Source: Candidatus Electronema aureum | Lineage (GTDB): Bacteria > Desulfobacterota > Desulfobulbia > Desulfobulbales > Desulfobulbaceae | Direction: 5' to 3' | DNA: 32,000 nt | Assembly (NCBI GenBank): GCA_004284765.1 | Contig: NQJD01000027.1 | Span: forward strand, 1 to 32,000 | Shown here: positions 8,268 through 17,459 of the stretch, piece by piece | Numbering within the stretch: position 1 is the stretch's first letter | Layout: each line of letters starts with the position of its first letter | Translations under genes and position numbers: made by a program | The notes under the pieces: generated by a model | Seen by the model: only the letters and a program-made list of their open reading frames with translations | What the model was told of the DNA's origin: nothing | Database searches by the model: none

Positions 8268-8708
8268 CTATGCTCCTTTCGCGTGTTTTCCTGAAAATTC
8301 CATCAAGCCACGGGCTAAGGTAACGAAAATGACGCTGACCATCACCGTGGACAATCCTGCAACTAAACCGATCAGGTGGATGCTGACGCTCATACTCACT
8401 ACGGCCAGCAGCAGTACTAACACCATAAGACGGATATAAAATTTCACTGCGAAGCCTGCTGCTGGTCTCTGGGCATCCGGCAGGGCGATCCTGCTGACAA
8501 TTTGCATCATTGTTCGTTTCAGGGCAAAAAAACTGCCACCGGACAGCGCACCACCGATCAGCACCGACTTGGCGCAATGCCAGCCAGACAGATACCAGCC
8601 AGACAGGGCAAGCAAGACCACGAAGAAGATATTAAATTGCTCGACCGTCCGCAGCAGGGAAAGGTCATCAGCCTGCTTTGCGTCTACGCTGACTGGCTCA
8701 GTCATCAT
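8268..8708 (-). CDS. atpI: ATP synthase subunit I-like membrane protein
   Basis: The 146-aa protein has four hydrophobic helices. It lies directly upstream of atpB and overlaps atpZ by 11 nt. Confidence 0.7.
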   Translation of the reverse strand: MMTEPVSVDAKQADDLSLLRTVEQFNIFFVVLLALSGWYLSGWHCAKSVLIGGALSGGSFFALKRTMMQIVSRIALPDAQRPAAGFAVKFYIRLMVLVLLLAVVSMSVSIHLIGLVAGLSTVMVSVIFVTLARGLMEFSGKHAKGA

Positions 8709-8979
8709 CCTTGGCGATTCTTTGGCTCAAATCCCAGAGATGCTTGAAGCCTGCTAAAATGCCGAAGCCGAGGAAAATGAAACTCAACCAAGGCGTAGTG
8801 CGACCTCCGAAGACTTTGTTGTCCAAATACCAGCCCATGCCGAAACCGATCACCACCGAGAGGGCGAAAGTCATGCCGCTCTGACTGTAGTTTGCCAGAT
8901 CAGAGAGGATGCCTTTTTCCTCTTTCCGCTCCCGATTTGATTGAGTCAATTTGATAGCACGGCGGCGCGGCAAGTGCAA
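8698..8979 (-). CDS. atpZ: AtpZ/AtpI-family small membrane protein
   Basis: The string YSQSGMTFALSVVIGFGMGWYLD...WLSFIFLGFGILAGF gives a two-helix pattern. The start is uncertain because the codon at 8979 is TTG. Confidence 0.65.
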   Translation of the reverse strand: MHLPRRRAIKLTQSNRERKEEKGILSDLANYSQSGMTFALSVVIGFGMGWYLDNKVFGGRTTPWLSFIFLGFGILAGFKHLWDLSQRIAKDDD

Positions 8980-8986
8980 TATTTTT

Positions 8987-10279
8987 CTATGCGGCAGCCA
9001 ATTTTGTCAGCGAGGCGACGGTAGCATCCAGAGCTTTCTGCAAATGCGTACGGTCGTGGGCGGCAGAGACAAAGGCGGCCTCGAACTGCGACGGAGCTAA
9101 CCAGATGCCGCTGGCCAACATCTGCCGGAAATGCTGCCCGTAATGTTCTGTATTCGATTTCATCGCCGATACAAAGTCTGTCACCGGTGCGTCGGTGAAG
9201 AAACAGGTCATCATTGAGCCGATGCGGTTGAGCACCGTCGGCACCGGAGCCGCCGCGCCGATGGCCGCGAGCTTTTCTGCAAACCAGCTGCTCTTCTCCT
9301 CCAGCTCTTCATAAAAACCGGGCCGCCGCACCACCTTGAGCATCGCCAAGCCAGCGGCCATTGCCAGTGGGTTGCCAGACAAGGTGCCTGCCTGATACAC
9401 TGGCCCAACTGGTGAGACCAAATCCATGATCGCTTTCTTGCCGCCATAGGCACCGACCGGCAAACCGCCGCCGATAATCTTGCCGAGACAGGTCAGATCA
9501 GGCAGAATGCCGAAACGCTCCTGCGCTCCGCCCAAGGCCAGCCGGAAGCCGGTGATGACTTCATCAAAAATCAGGACGATGCCCAGCTCGGCGGTCAGCT
9601 CACGCAGCTTGCGCAGAAAAGCCAGCTCCGGCACAATCACGCCCATGTTGCCCGCCACTGGCTCGATGATCACGCAGGCGATATCCAAGCTGGCATCGCG
9701 CAGGGTCTTTTCGAGAATTTCTATGTTGTTGTAGGGAATGGACAGCGTGTTTTTGACAATGTCCTCCGGCACGCCGGGGCTGCCCGGAATGCCAAGCGTG
9801 ATCACCCCGGAACCGGCCTTGACCAAGAAGGAATCCGCATGGCCGTGGTAGCAGCCGTCAAATTTGACGATCACTTTGCGCCCGGTGTAGCCCCGCGCCA
9901 GCCGCACCGCGCTCATGGTGGCTTCGGTGCCGGAGCTGACGAAGCGCACTTTTTCCATTGAGGGCACGGAATCACAGACCAATTCGGCCAGCTCGACCTC
10001 CAGCGCGGTTGGCGCGCCGAAGCTGGTGCCATGAGGCGCGGTTTCGCAGATTGCTTTGATCACTTCAGGATGGCCGTGGCCCAGAATCATCGGTCCCCAC
10101 GAGCCGACAAAATCAATGAATTCGTTGCCGTCCGCATCGGTGATCGTACATCCTTGGGCCTTGGCAACAAAAAGCGGGTCGCAACCCACAGATTTGCAGG
10201 CCCGCACGGGCGAATTCACGCCGCCGGGAATGACTTGGCAGGCTTGGGAGAAAAGAGCGGCGGAGTTTTTGGTCTTCAT
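8987..10279 (-). CDS. hemL: glutamate-1-semialdehyde 2,1-aminomutase
   Basis: The 430-aa protein shows IPGGVNSPVRA, GSWGPMILGH, FDEVITGFR and LGKIIGGGLP (the PLP lysine). Confidence 0.97.
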   Translation of the reverse strand: MKTKNSAALFSQACQVIPGGVNSPVRACKSVGCDPLFVAKAQGCTITDADGNEFIDFVGSWGPMILGHGHPEVIKAICETAPHGTSFGAPTALEVELAELVCDSVPSMEKVRFVSSGTEATMSAVRLARGYTGRKVIVKFDGCYHGHADSFLVKAGSGVITLGIPGSPGVPEDIVKNTLSIPYNNIEILEKTLRDASLDIACVIIEPVAGNMGVIVPELAFLRKLRELTAELGIVLIFDEVITGFRLALGGAQERFGILPDLTCLGKIIGGGLPVGAYGGKKAIMDLVSPVGPVYQAGTLSGNPLAMAAGLAMLKVVRRPGFYEELEEKSSWFAEKLAAIGAAAPVPTVLNRIGSMMTCFFTDAPVTDFVSAMKSNTEHYGQHFRQMLASGIWLAPSQFEAAFVSAAHDRTHLQKALDATVASLTKLAAA

Positions 10280-10612
10280 GAATGATTTCCGGTTCCGGGT
10301 GCTGGTTCAATGATTCCGGGCTTTGCGTCTTGAACTGTCAGCCCCTTGTATGGTAAGCTGCACGGGCAAGGCAGTTCTGAATCAAGGGCTTGCAGGCGGC
10401 TGGTATTTTACCTATCCGCCGTCGCCCGCTGACTATAGCATGTTGCTTTTTCTTCTGTCAAAAATAAAAACGGATTTTTGCTGTTCCCAGCTCTGCTGAG
10501 GAGGGCTGGGATTCGCTTGTCATGGGCAAAGGCACTTTAGTAGAATGATTTTATTTTTTACATGGTTCTCCCTTCAAAAGGAGAAAATATTTTTCATTCA
10601 ATGGAGATTAGC

Positions 10613-10864
10613 ATGAAATTTAAACGTAATGTAGTGTTAGCTGTAAGCATTTTTTCTATAACTGTAGCAGCTGGCCTTGCCATGATAAATCCAGCAGGAG
10701 CTGAAAAGCAAGACGGCAATCAGAAGTATAAATGTGATGGACGCACACACTGCTCGCAGATGACTTCATGTGAAGAGGCAAAATTTTTCATCAAAAATTG
10801 CCCCAACACGAAAATGGATGGAAACAATGATGGTATTCCCTGCGAGAAGCAGTGGTGTAAATAG
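10613..10864 (+). CDS. secreted Excalibur-type calcium-binding domain protein
   Basis: The start is placed at ATG 10613, with GGAG 6 nt upstream. A signal peptide is present (MKFKRNVVLAVSIFSITVAAGLA). The C-terminal CPNTKMDGNNDGIPCEKQWC matches the DxDxDGxxCE-type Excalibur motif. Confidence 0.7.
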   Translation: MKFKRNVVLAVSIFSITVAAGLAMINPAGAEKQDGNQKYKCDGRTHCSQMTSCEEAKFFIKNCPNTKMDGNNDGIPCEKQWCK

Positions 10865-10935
10865 CTAATAGCAATTGGGAAAACTATCTCTGTTTTGTGC
10901 GCTGACAGGGATAGTTCACAATCAAGAGGAATACT

Positions 10936-11400
10936 ATGAAAAAAAACGTTCAACACACCATTGCTGCACTACTGCTAACCTTCCTTTCTTTTTCCTCAGC
11001 GTTGGCGAAATTCGATATTCCTGATTACGTTTATCCTGCCAGCCAGCTCAAAGAAGCGCAGGAAAAGGCGAAAAGCAGTAGAAAGCCCATTGCCTTTGTC
11101 GGCACTGACAAAGAAACTACTTGTCCGATAGCGACAGCAGCCAGCCAAGAGATTTTTCAAGGTCTGAAAGATTCCTGCATTATTGTCTATGTTGAGCAGA
11201 GTGATATCGACAATCTCCCGGACGTTGCAGGAAAGGCTCTGGATTCAGAAGAAGCAGGCAAGTATATTCCCAAAACAGCGGTGGTTAGTGCGGACGCAAG
11301 CACGCTGATCCTCATTCTTCCTGATGCTCAACCGGAGCAGCGGGCGATGAAAATCAAGGAAGCTCAGGGAAAAATCGCCCAGTATATGGCAGAAAAATAA
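10936..11400 (+). CDS. secreted thioredoxin-fold-like protein with a degenerate active site (C-P-I-A)
   Basis: A signal peptide is present (MKKNVQHTIAALLLTFLSFSSALA). FVGTDKETTCPIATAA sits where a CxxC motif would be expected. The family call is tentative. Confidence 0.5.
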   Translation: MKKNVQHTIAALLLTFLSFSSALAKFDIPDYVYPASQLKEAQEKAKSSRKPIAFVGTDKETTCPIATAASQEIFQGLKDSCIIVYVEQSDIDNLPDVAGKALDSEEAGKYIPKTAVVSADASTLILILPDAQPEQRAMKIKEAQGKIAQYMAEK

Positions 11401-11454
11401 TTAACCCTTCTGCCTTTCATCTCACTACAAACACGCATAAAGGAGAACCAGATT

Positions 11455-11784
11455 ATGGCAAGTGACAAAGTTATCAATGTGACAGATAGTTCTTTTGAGA
11501 GTACCGTGATCAACGGCGGACTTCCCTGCCTCGTTGATTTTTGGGCACCGTGGTGCGGCCCCTGTAAGGCCATCGGCCCGGTTATTGATCAGCTCGCTGA
11601 TGAGTTTGACGGCAAAGTAAAGATCGCCAAGATGAATGTGGATGAAAACCCGGAAACCCCGGGTAAATTCAGCATCAGGGCCATCCCGACTCTGATTTTG
11701 TTCAAGAACGGCGAAAAGTTAGACATGATCACCGGTGCAGTGGGCAAAGGCCAGCTGGTGGCTCTGCTCAACAAGGCAGTCTGA
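11455..11784 (+). CDS. trxA: thioredoxin
   Basis: The 109-aa protein contains the DFWAPWCGPCK active site. AAGGAG lies upstream of the ATG. Confidence 0.95.
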   Translation: MASDKVINVTDSSFESTVINGGLPCLVDFWAPWCGPCKAIGPVIDQLADEFDGKVKIAKMNVDENPETPGKFSIRAIPTLILFKNGEKLDMITGAVGKGQLVALLNKAV

Positions 11785-11853
11785 TCGTTTCAGCGGCGCA
11801 GTCTCCGGGGCGTTCCGCGCTCCGGGGGCGAAATTTAATTGCGGAAAATTCTC

Positions 11854-12789
11854 ATGAACAAGCCAGATTATCAGCTGATCATTATCGGCGGTGGCCCTGC
11901 CGGACTGACTGCCGGGCTGTACGCAGCTCGAGGGCGGATCAAAACCCTGCTCATTGAAAAAGGCGCAACCGGTGGCCAAGTGCTGCTCACCGACTGGGTC
12001 GATAATTATCCCGCCTTTCCTGATGGCGTAGCCGGTTTTGAGCTGATAGACAAGATGACCGCCCAAGCTGATCGCTTCGGGCTGGAAAAAAAATTTGCCG
12101 CCGTTGAGTCGCTGGATTTGCAAGCCGAGCTGAAAAGCGTTCGCTTGGATTCTGGCGAACAACTGACTTGTGAGGCGATTATCCTTTGCACCGGAGCCAA
12201 ACCGCGTAAAATCGGTGTACCGGGCGAAGAGGAGCTGCAAGGCAAAGGTGTGTCCTATTGCGCTACCTGCGACGGTCCTTTTTATCGTGATCAGGAAATT
12301 GCGGTGGTGGGTGGCGGTAATACGGCCATTCAGGAAGCGATCCATTTGACTAAATTTGCGAAAAAAGTAACGGTCGTTCACCGCCGCGACACGCTACGAG
12401 CCACGGCCATTTTACAGGAAAAGGCTTTGGCGAACGAAAAAATCAAGTTTATTTGGAACGCTCAGGTGAGCGAAATCATTGGCACGGAGAGCGTCGAGGC
12501 AGTGAATATCCGCTATAACGACGGCTCGACCTCTGTGCTGCCGGTGACAGGAATTTTTGTCCTCATCGGAGTGATGCCTAACAATGAAATCCTGCCGCTG
12601 GAGCAGCTAAAAACCGACGAAGGCGGCTTCTTGATCACGGACAGTGAAATGGGCTGTCTCGACCTGCCGGGCGTATTTGCCGCAGGCGACATCCGCAGCA
12701 AGCTCTTCCGCCAGATTATCAATGCTGCCGGTGAAGGGGCCAACGCCGAACTTTCGGCTGAACATTATCTCGGCACCCGACCGAGCTGA
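11854..12789 (+). CDS. trxB: thioredoxin-disulfide reductase
   Basis: Motifs present are IIGGGPAG, the redox site CATCDG, and GGGNTA. The ATG at 11854 is preferred over the TTG at 11839. Confidence 0.95.
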   Translation: MNKPDYQLIIIGGGPAGLTAGLYAARGRIKTLLIEKGATGGQVLLTDWVDNYPAFPDGVAGFELIDKMTAQADRFGLEKKFAAVESLDLQAELKSVRLDSGEQLTCEAIILCTGAKPRKIGVPGEEELQGKGVSYCATCDGPFYRDQEIAVVGGGNTAIQEAIHLTKFAKKVTVVHRRDTLRATAILQEKALANEKIKFIWNAQVSEIIGTESVEAVNIRYNDGSTSVLPVTGIFVLIGVMPNNEILPLEQLKTDEGGFLITDSEMGCLDLPGVFAAGDIRSKLFRQIINAAGEGANAELSAEHYLGTRPS

Positions 12790-12815
12790 ATATAAAAAAC
12801 ACTCAGGATACCGCC

Positions 12816-13649
12816 ATGCAGACCGCTGTTTCCAAGTACCGCACCACGCAACCGCGTTCCGTTATTTATGTACTTCTCGCCGCCACGTGCCTTTCTCTGA
12901 GCGGCTGCGGCACGGTTAAAGATATGTTCAGCTCTTGGTCGTTCGGCGCGGATAAAGATGAGGCGTTTGAACAGGCGGATACCTTAGCGGCCAAGGGCAT
13001 GGAAGATTACAAGATTGCTAATTATTCGGATGCGCTCAAGTCCTTTCAAAGCATTATTGATCACCACCCGTTTAGCCCACAGGCTCTGTTGGCCGAGCTG
13101 AAGGCCGCAGATTGCCAGTATTACAGCGGTAAATATGCAGAAGCCAAGGAGCTGTACAAAATTTTTGAAGAACGGCATCCTACCAACGAGGCTGTGCCCT
13201 ATGTCATGTTTCAAATTGGGATGTGCGATCTTTCCCGATCCAGCCGAATCGACCGCGATCCTACCGGTGCGCGTGACGCAGTGCAATCTTTTTCCCAGCT
13301 CCTGCGCGTTCATCCTGATTCGCCGTACGCCAGCGAGGCCAAAGCGAGGATACAGGAGGGAAAAGAGTTTATTGCCAGCCACGAGTATTTTGTCGCGGTT
13401 TTTTATGTCCGCACCAGCAAATATGAGCAAGCCCAGCATCGCCTAAAATATTTGATCGCCACCCACCCGGACGCTGCGGTCATTCCTAAGGCCAAAGAGC
13501 TACTGACTAAGTTAGAAGCAGGCAAGCCGCCCAAATGGGGCATAGAAAAATGGTTGCCAGATTGGCAGCTGCCGGACTGGGGCTGGTGGAAAAAGGGCAA
13601 GGACGTGGTCGAGGAAACCGGCAAAGAGGCGGAGAAATCCGCCCAATAA
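12816..13649 (+). CDS. bamD: outer-membrane assembly lipoprotein BamD/YfiO
   Basis: The lipobox LSLSGC is present. TPR-like repeats follow, with DALKSFQSIIDHHPFSPQA and YFVAVFYVRTSKYEQA typical of BamD. Confidence 0.85.
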   Translation: MQTAVSKYRTTQPRSVIYVLLAATCLSLSGCGTVKDMFSSWSFGADKDEAFEQADTLAAKGMEDYKIANYSDALKSFQSIIDHHPFSPQALLAELKAADCQYYSGKYAEAKELYKIFEERHPTNEAVPYVMFQIGMCDLSRSSRIDRDPTGARDAVQSFSQLLRVHPDSPYASEAKARIQEGKEFIASHEYFVAVFYVRTSKYEQAQHRLKYLIATHPDAAVIPKAKELLTKLEAGKPPKWGIEKWLPDWQLPDWGWWKKGKDVVEETGKEAEKSAQ

Positions 13650-13667
13650 CGGAGCGGGACGACATTT

Positions 13668-15482
13668 ATGGGCTTCCTTGACAGCGAAGAGCTGCTTGAG
13701 CTGCTGCTGCGGCAACGGCTGATCAACGAGCAGCAGAAACAATTTGTCCTCCGCAACAAGGAGCGACAAACGCAGTTGCTGCTCAAGCAACAGGGGATGC
13801 AGAAGCCCGGTAGTGGCCCGGCGGGTCGGGGTTATCCTGACATGGTAGATATTGTAGCTTCCATGAAGCTGGAAATGCCGGGCGGCAAAAAGAAAATTCT
13901 CACTGAAGAGACCGTGATGCGGACGGTCGCTCATCACCTCAGCATCCCCTTTAAAAAACTTGACCCGCTGGAGTTGGATATTGAAATCGTCACCAAAACG
14001 ATTCCCCGTTCCTTTGCCATTAGCCATTTGATTCTGCCTTTTGAAGTCCGCAACGGCGTTCTTCAAGTTGTCACCTATGACCCGGAAAATAAAAGTGCGC
14101 TGGAAGACATTGAGCAAGTCAACCAGATCAAGGTTAATCCTTGGTTAAGTACCCGCAGTGATATTAAGAAAATCCTGTCGGAGTTTTTCGGTTTTCAACA
14201 GTCAATCACCGCAGCGGAAAGTCAGTTCAGTGGAAGTGGTGTCAGCGCAGCGGTCGATATCGGCAATTTGGAGCAGTATGTTAAACTCTCCAGCACCGAA
14301 ATCAGCTCAACTGATCAGCACATCAAGGCGGCAGTCAATCATCTTTTCAAATATGCCATTGATCAGCGAGCCAGTGATATTCATATTGAGCCGAAACGCG
14401 ATTGCTGCATGATCCGCTACCGGATCGACGGCATTCTCCATACCATCTACAAGCTGCCAAAGGCTGTGCATTCGGCCATCAGTTCGCGAATCAAAACCTT
14501 AGCTCGCTTAGACATCGCCGAAAAACGGCGGCCTCAGGACGGCAGAATCAAGATCAGCCAGCAGGACGGTAAAGAAGTCGAGCTACGTGTTTCGACTATT
14601 CCGGTCTCTTTTGGTGAAAAGACGGTTATGCGTATTCTTGATTCCAGCGTGATCTTTCAAGACTTAGACGAAATTGGCTTTTCTAAACGAGATCGAGCGG
14701 TTTATGATTCCTTCATGAAAGCTCATCACGGCATTGTCCTTGTCACTGGCCCGACCGGCAGCGGTAAATCCACCACGCTTTATTCCACCCTCAAGAAAAT
14801 TGCCACGCCGGAAATCAACATCATTACGGTGGAAGACCCAGTGGAAATGGTGCATGAAGAATTCAATCAAATATCTGTGCAACCACAGATTGATGTCACT
14901 TTTTCTACTATTCTTCGGCATATCCTCCGCCAAGACCCTGATGTGATTATGATCGGCGAGATACGCGACCTCGCCACCGCCACCCACGCGGTACAGGCCG
15001 CCCTGACCGGTCATCTCGTTTTTTCTACCCTCCACACCAACGATGCAGTTTCCACGGTCATCCGTTTGCAAGACCTTGGTCTTGAGCCATTTTTAGTCGC
15101 TTCTACCATGCTCGGTGCCTTGGCCCAGCGTTTGGTACGCAAAATCTGCCCGCATTGCATTGAAGGCTATCAGGCCGATTTTGCTGAATTGCAGCGGATG
15201 GGCTTTCCGGTTTCTGGTGAAGGCACGATTGAACTCAAGCGCGGTAAAGGCTGCAAAGAATGTCGGAAGACCGGTTATGCAGGTCGGATGGGAATTTTTG
15301 AGATATTTCCTATGTCCGACAAGATCAAAAAGTTGATCACGGAAAAGGCTTCTGATGCCGAGCTGCGGCAAGTCGCTATCCGCGAAGGAATGACCACGCT
15401 CAACGAAGATGCTTGGCAAAAAGTGAAGAATGGCCTGACCACAGTGGAAGAAGCGAGACGAGTCTGCGGGGCAGATGCCTGA
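13668..15482 (+). CDS. GspE/PilB-family secretion ATPase
   Basis: There is a T2SSE N-terminal domain and Walker A GPTGSGKST. Asp/His boxes are present (IMIGEIRD, TGHLVFSTLHTN). The tetracysteine CPHC...CKEC is also present. Confidence 0.92.
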   Translation: MGFLDSEELLELLLRQRLINEQQKQFVLRNKERQTQLLLKQQGMQKPGSGPAGRGYPDMVDIVASMKLEMPGGKKKILTEETVMRTVAHHLSIPFKKLDPLELDIEIVTKTIPRSFAISHLILPFEVRNGVLQVVTYDPENKSALEDIEQVNQIKVNPWLSTRSDIKKILSEFFGFQQSITAAESQFSGSGVSAAVDIGNLEQYVKLSSTEISSTDQHIKAAVNHLFKYAIDQRASDIHIEPKRDCCMIRYRIDGILHTIYKLPKAVHSAISSRIKTLARLDIAEKRRPQDGRIKISQQDGKEVELRVSTIPVSFGEKTVMRILDSSVIFQDLDEIGFSKRDRAVYDSFMKAHHGIVLVTGPTGSGKSTTLYSTLKKIATPEINIITVEDPVEMVHEEFNQISVQPQIDVTFSTILRHILRQDPDVIMIGEIRDLATATHAVQAALTGHLVFSTLHTNDAVSTVIRLQDLGLEPFLVASTMLGALAQRLVRKICPHCIEGYQADFAELQRMGFPVSGEGTIELKRGKGCKECRKTGYAGRMGIFEIFPMSDKIKKLITEKASDAELRQVAIREGMTTLNEDAWQKVKNGLTTVEEARRVCGADA

Positions 15483-15640
15483 TAGGACTTGAAGCTGCAC
15501 GCTCTTCCTTCTTTCCGCTGCACTTTGCTGTTGCTTTTCAAGCAGTCAGCAGTAAAATGCTTTTCTTTGCGAAAGCAAAACGGCAGGTTCTGCCGCACCG
15601 ATTCAACAATGTAGAGTTCTTATCCGAGGAGAATGCAGCC

Positions 15641-16810
15641 ATGAAGCCCCGATTTGTCTTGCCCGCCGTTGTTTCTTTATTATGCGGCTTATCCGCAGCG
15701 CAGGCCCATGAGCTGCCCGAAGGCGCGGCTCCTTTAGAAAAATCCGAGCAGTGCGCTGCCTGCCACCCGACGATCTTCCAAGAATGGCAGGAGTCGTTCC
15801 ACGCCAAGTCCTCTGTGCATAAGGATTCAGCACACAAAGCCATGCATCAAGCCTTTAGCAAGGCGATGATCGCGAAGGGGCAGAAGGCTAATTATCACTG
15901 CGCTACCTGCCATGCGCCGATGTCGGATAACCTGAAAGCCCTGATGAGCGGCGAGGCCGAGCCGGACAGCAGTAATACAACGCAGGTAGAAGGTGTGGGT
16001 TGTACGTTCTGTCACCGCATCGAGGCGGTCAACAAGGGCAAGAGCTTTGATCAGTACACCTTGAGCAAGGAAGGTGCGTATCATACCAGTCGTCCGGCTA
16101 ACAAGAAGGCCCCGCACCAGACCGCAACATCGCCGCTGTTTACTGATGGCCAAGTCTGCATGGGCTGCCACAGTCAGTATGTCAACCCGCACGAGGTGCC
16201 AGTTTGCGTGATGACTGAAGAAGGCAAGGGCAACTGTATCTCGTGTCACATGTCGCCAGCAGAAGGTAGCCCAGCAGTAGGATCAGCAGTCAAGACGCAT
16301 TTTTCTCATCGGTTTCCGGGCGGTCATGATCAAGACATCCTCCAGAAAGCAGCTGCTTTGGAAGTGAAGATCGAGACCAAGGGCAAAGAGCGCAGCATCT
16401 CTGTGGCGATTAAAAACACCACGGAACACACCTTCCCTTCGACCAACCCGATGCGGATGGCCTTTGTCAAGGTGCGGGCGAAGGATAAGAAGGGCGCGGT
16501 GATCTGGGAGAACTTCAAGGCAGACCCTCTGCAAGAGGACAAGCAGGCCGTGTTCTTCAAAGCCTTTAAGGCCGGTGAGAAGGTGGGCGTGCCGTCTTGG
16601 GAGGCTGAAGCTATGGCCTTTGACACCCGACTAAAGACCGGCGAGACCCGCACGCTGACCTATCCGCTCTATAGCCCGGCCATCAGTGAGGTGGAGGTGG
16701 AGCTGTTCTACCTGCTCTTTCCGCCCAAGGCAATTGAGGGTTTTGGTATTCCCAAAGACGGGGTGAACGACAAACGCTACTCCGTGGCGAAGAAGTCGGT
16801 GAAGATGTAA
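15641..16810 (+). CDS. periplasmic pentahaem c-type cytochrome with C-terminal beta-rich domain
   Basis: The start is ATG 15641, with GAGGAG upstream, and a signal peptide follows. Five CxxCH motifs are present: CAACH, CATCH, CTFCH, CMGCH and CISCH. Confidence 0.9.
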   Translation: MKPRFVLPAVVSLLCGLSAAQAHELPEGAAPLEKSEQCAACHPTIFQEWQESFHAKSSVHKDSAHKAMHQAFSKAMIAKGQKANYHCATCHAPMSDNLKALMSGEAEPDSSNTTQVEGVGCTFCHRIEAVNKGKSFDQYTLSKEGAYHTSRPANKKAPHQTATSPLFTDGQVCMGCHSQYVNPHEVPVCVMTEEGKGNCISCHMSPAEGSPAVGSAVKTHFSHRFPGGHDQDILQKAAALEVKIETKGKERSISVAIKNTTEHTFPSTNPMRMAFVKVRAKDKKGAVIWENFKADPLQEDKQAVFFKAFKAGEKVGVPSWEAEAMAFDTRLKTGETRTLTYPLYSPAISEVEVELFYLLFPPKAIEGFGIPKDGVNDKRYSVAKKSVKM

Positions 16811-16826
16811 GAGGTCTCTATAAGCA

Positions 16827-16848
16827 GGGCAGACACAGGGGTCTGCCC
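16827..16848 (+). terminator. possible terminator hairpin after the cytochrome gene
   Basis: GGGCAGAC-acaggg-GTCTGCCC forms a perfect 8-bp GC-rich stem 17 nt after the stop. There is no clear T-tract. Confidence 0.3.
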
Positions 16849-17050
16849 CTGAGATCTTTAACCTTGATCGCAAGCAACGGCGGCTGGCCGCTGCGTTTCT
16901 CGAAAGAAATGCCTTTCGGGTGGAGCTACTACCCAACGCCTTTGAATGTGAGAAATGGTAGTATTGTATATATGGATTTACATAGTGAAAAAATATAAAG
17001 CTGAAAAGAAATACTGAAAATTTCTTCTAATATTTAACACATACCATTTA

Positions 17051-17389
17051 ATGGAGATGGATATAAAGAAAACAATGATTGCAATTTTATGTTTATCAGT
17101 TATTTTTTTCTCAGTCGCCAATCTATTTGCCTTTGAAGATATCACTACAAAAATTAAAAAAGCTTATACTAATGAAGAAGGTGCGCTTCTTATACAGGCT
17201 GAAGCGGCAAATGGTTCACCCGATGGCTGGCTGAAAGTTGGCAGCAACAATCTGGTCAGCAATCCTGCGGCCCGTATGATGTATGCCACCGCACTTATTG
17301 CATTGACCACAGGTAAAACATGTTGGGTACGAATTATTCCAACCGCTGAAGGGTACTGGGTTGCGGACAGAATATCGATCAACCAGTAA
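17051..17389 (+). CDS. small secreted protein, paralogue 1 (unknown family)
   Basis: The 112-aa protein has a signal peptide (IAILCLSVIFFSVANLFA). It lies in an AT-rich patch and resembles the next ORF in its C-terminal half. Confidence 0.6.
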   Translation: MEMDIKKTMIAILCLSVIFFSVANLFAFEDITTKIKKAYTNEEGALLIQAEAANGSPDGWLKVGSNNLVSNPAARMMYATALIALTTGKTCWVRIIPTAEGYWVADRISINQ

Positions 17390-17459
17390 TCGAAAATGTT
17401 GGGGGATTATTTCGCTCTCTTTAGCTTACTGAACTTCAAACAATGCGGAGGATAAATTC

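Noticed and set aside
10280-10600. Long divergent intergenic region upstream of hemL, with a small CCCAGC...GCTGGG inverted repeat, as a possible riboswitch or sRNA
   Set aside because: I could find no recognisable riboswitch core motif. The inverted repeat is short (6-7 bp). Divergent promoters are a sufficient explanation.
11719-12381. 220-aa minus-strand ORF opposite trxB
   Set aside because: This is an antisense shadow of a canonical thioredoxin reductase gene, with no recognisable domain. The same reasoning applies to 12984..13439(-), 13512..14117(-), 14664..15071(-), 15093..15500(-), 15827..16249(-), 22395..22970(-), 23818..24309(-), 24570..25328(-), 4647..5402(+), 5487..5889(+) and 6273..6677(+).
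15413-15640. 76-codon N-terminal extension of the cytochrome ORF, overlapping the end of the GspE-like gene
   Set aside because: The signal peptide begins at the Met encoded at 15641, which has GAGGAG upstream. The extension overlaps the preceding gene and crosses hairpin-rich intergenic sequence.
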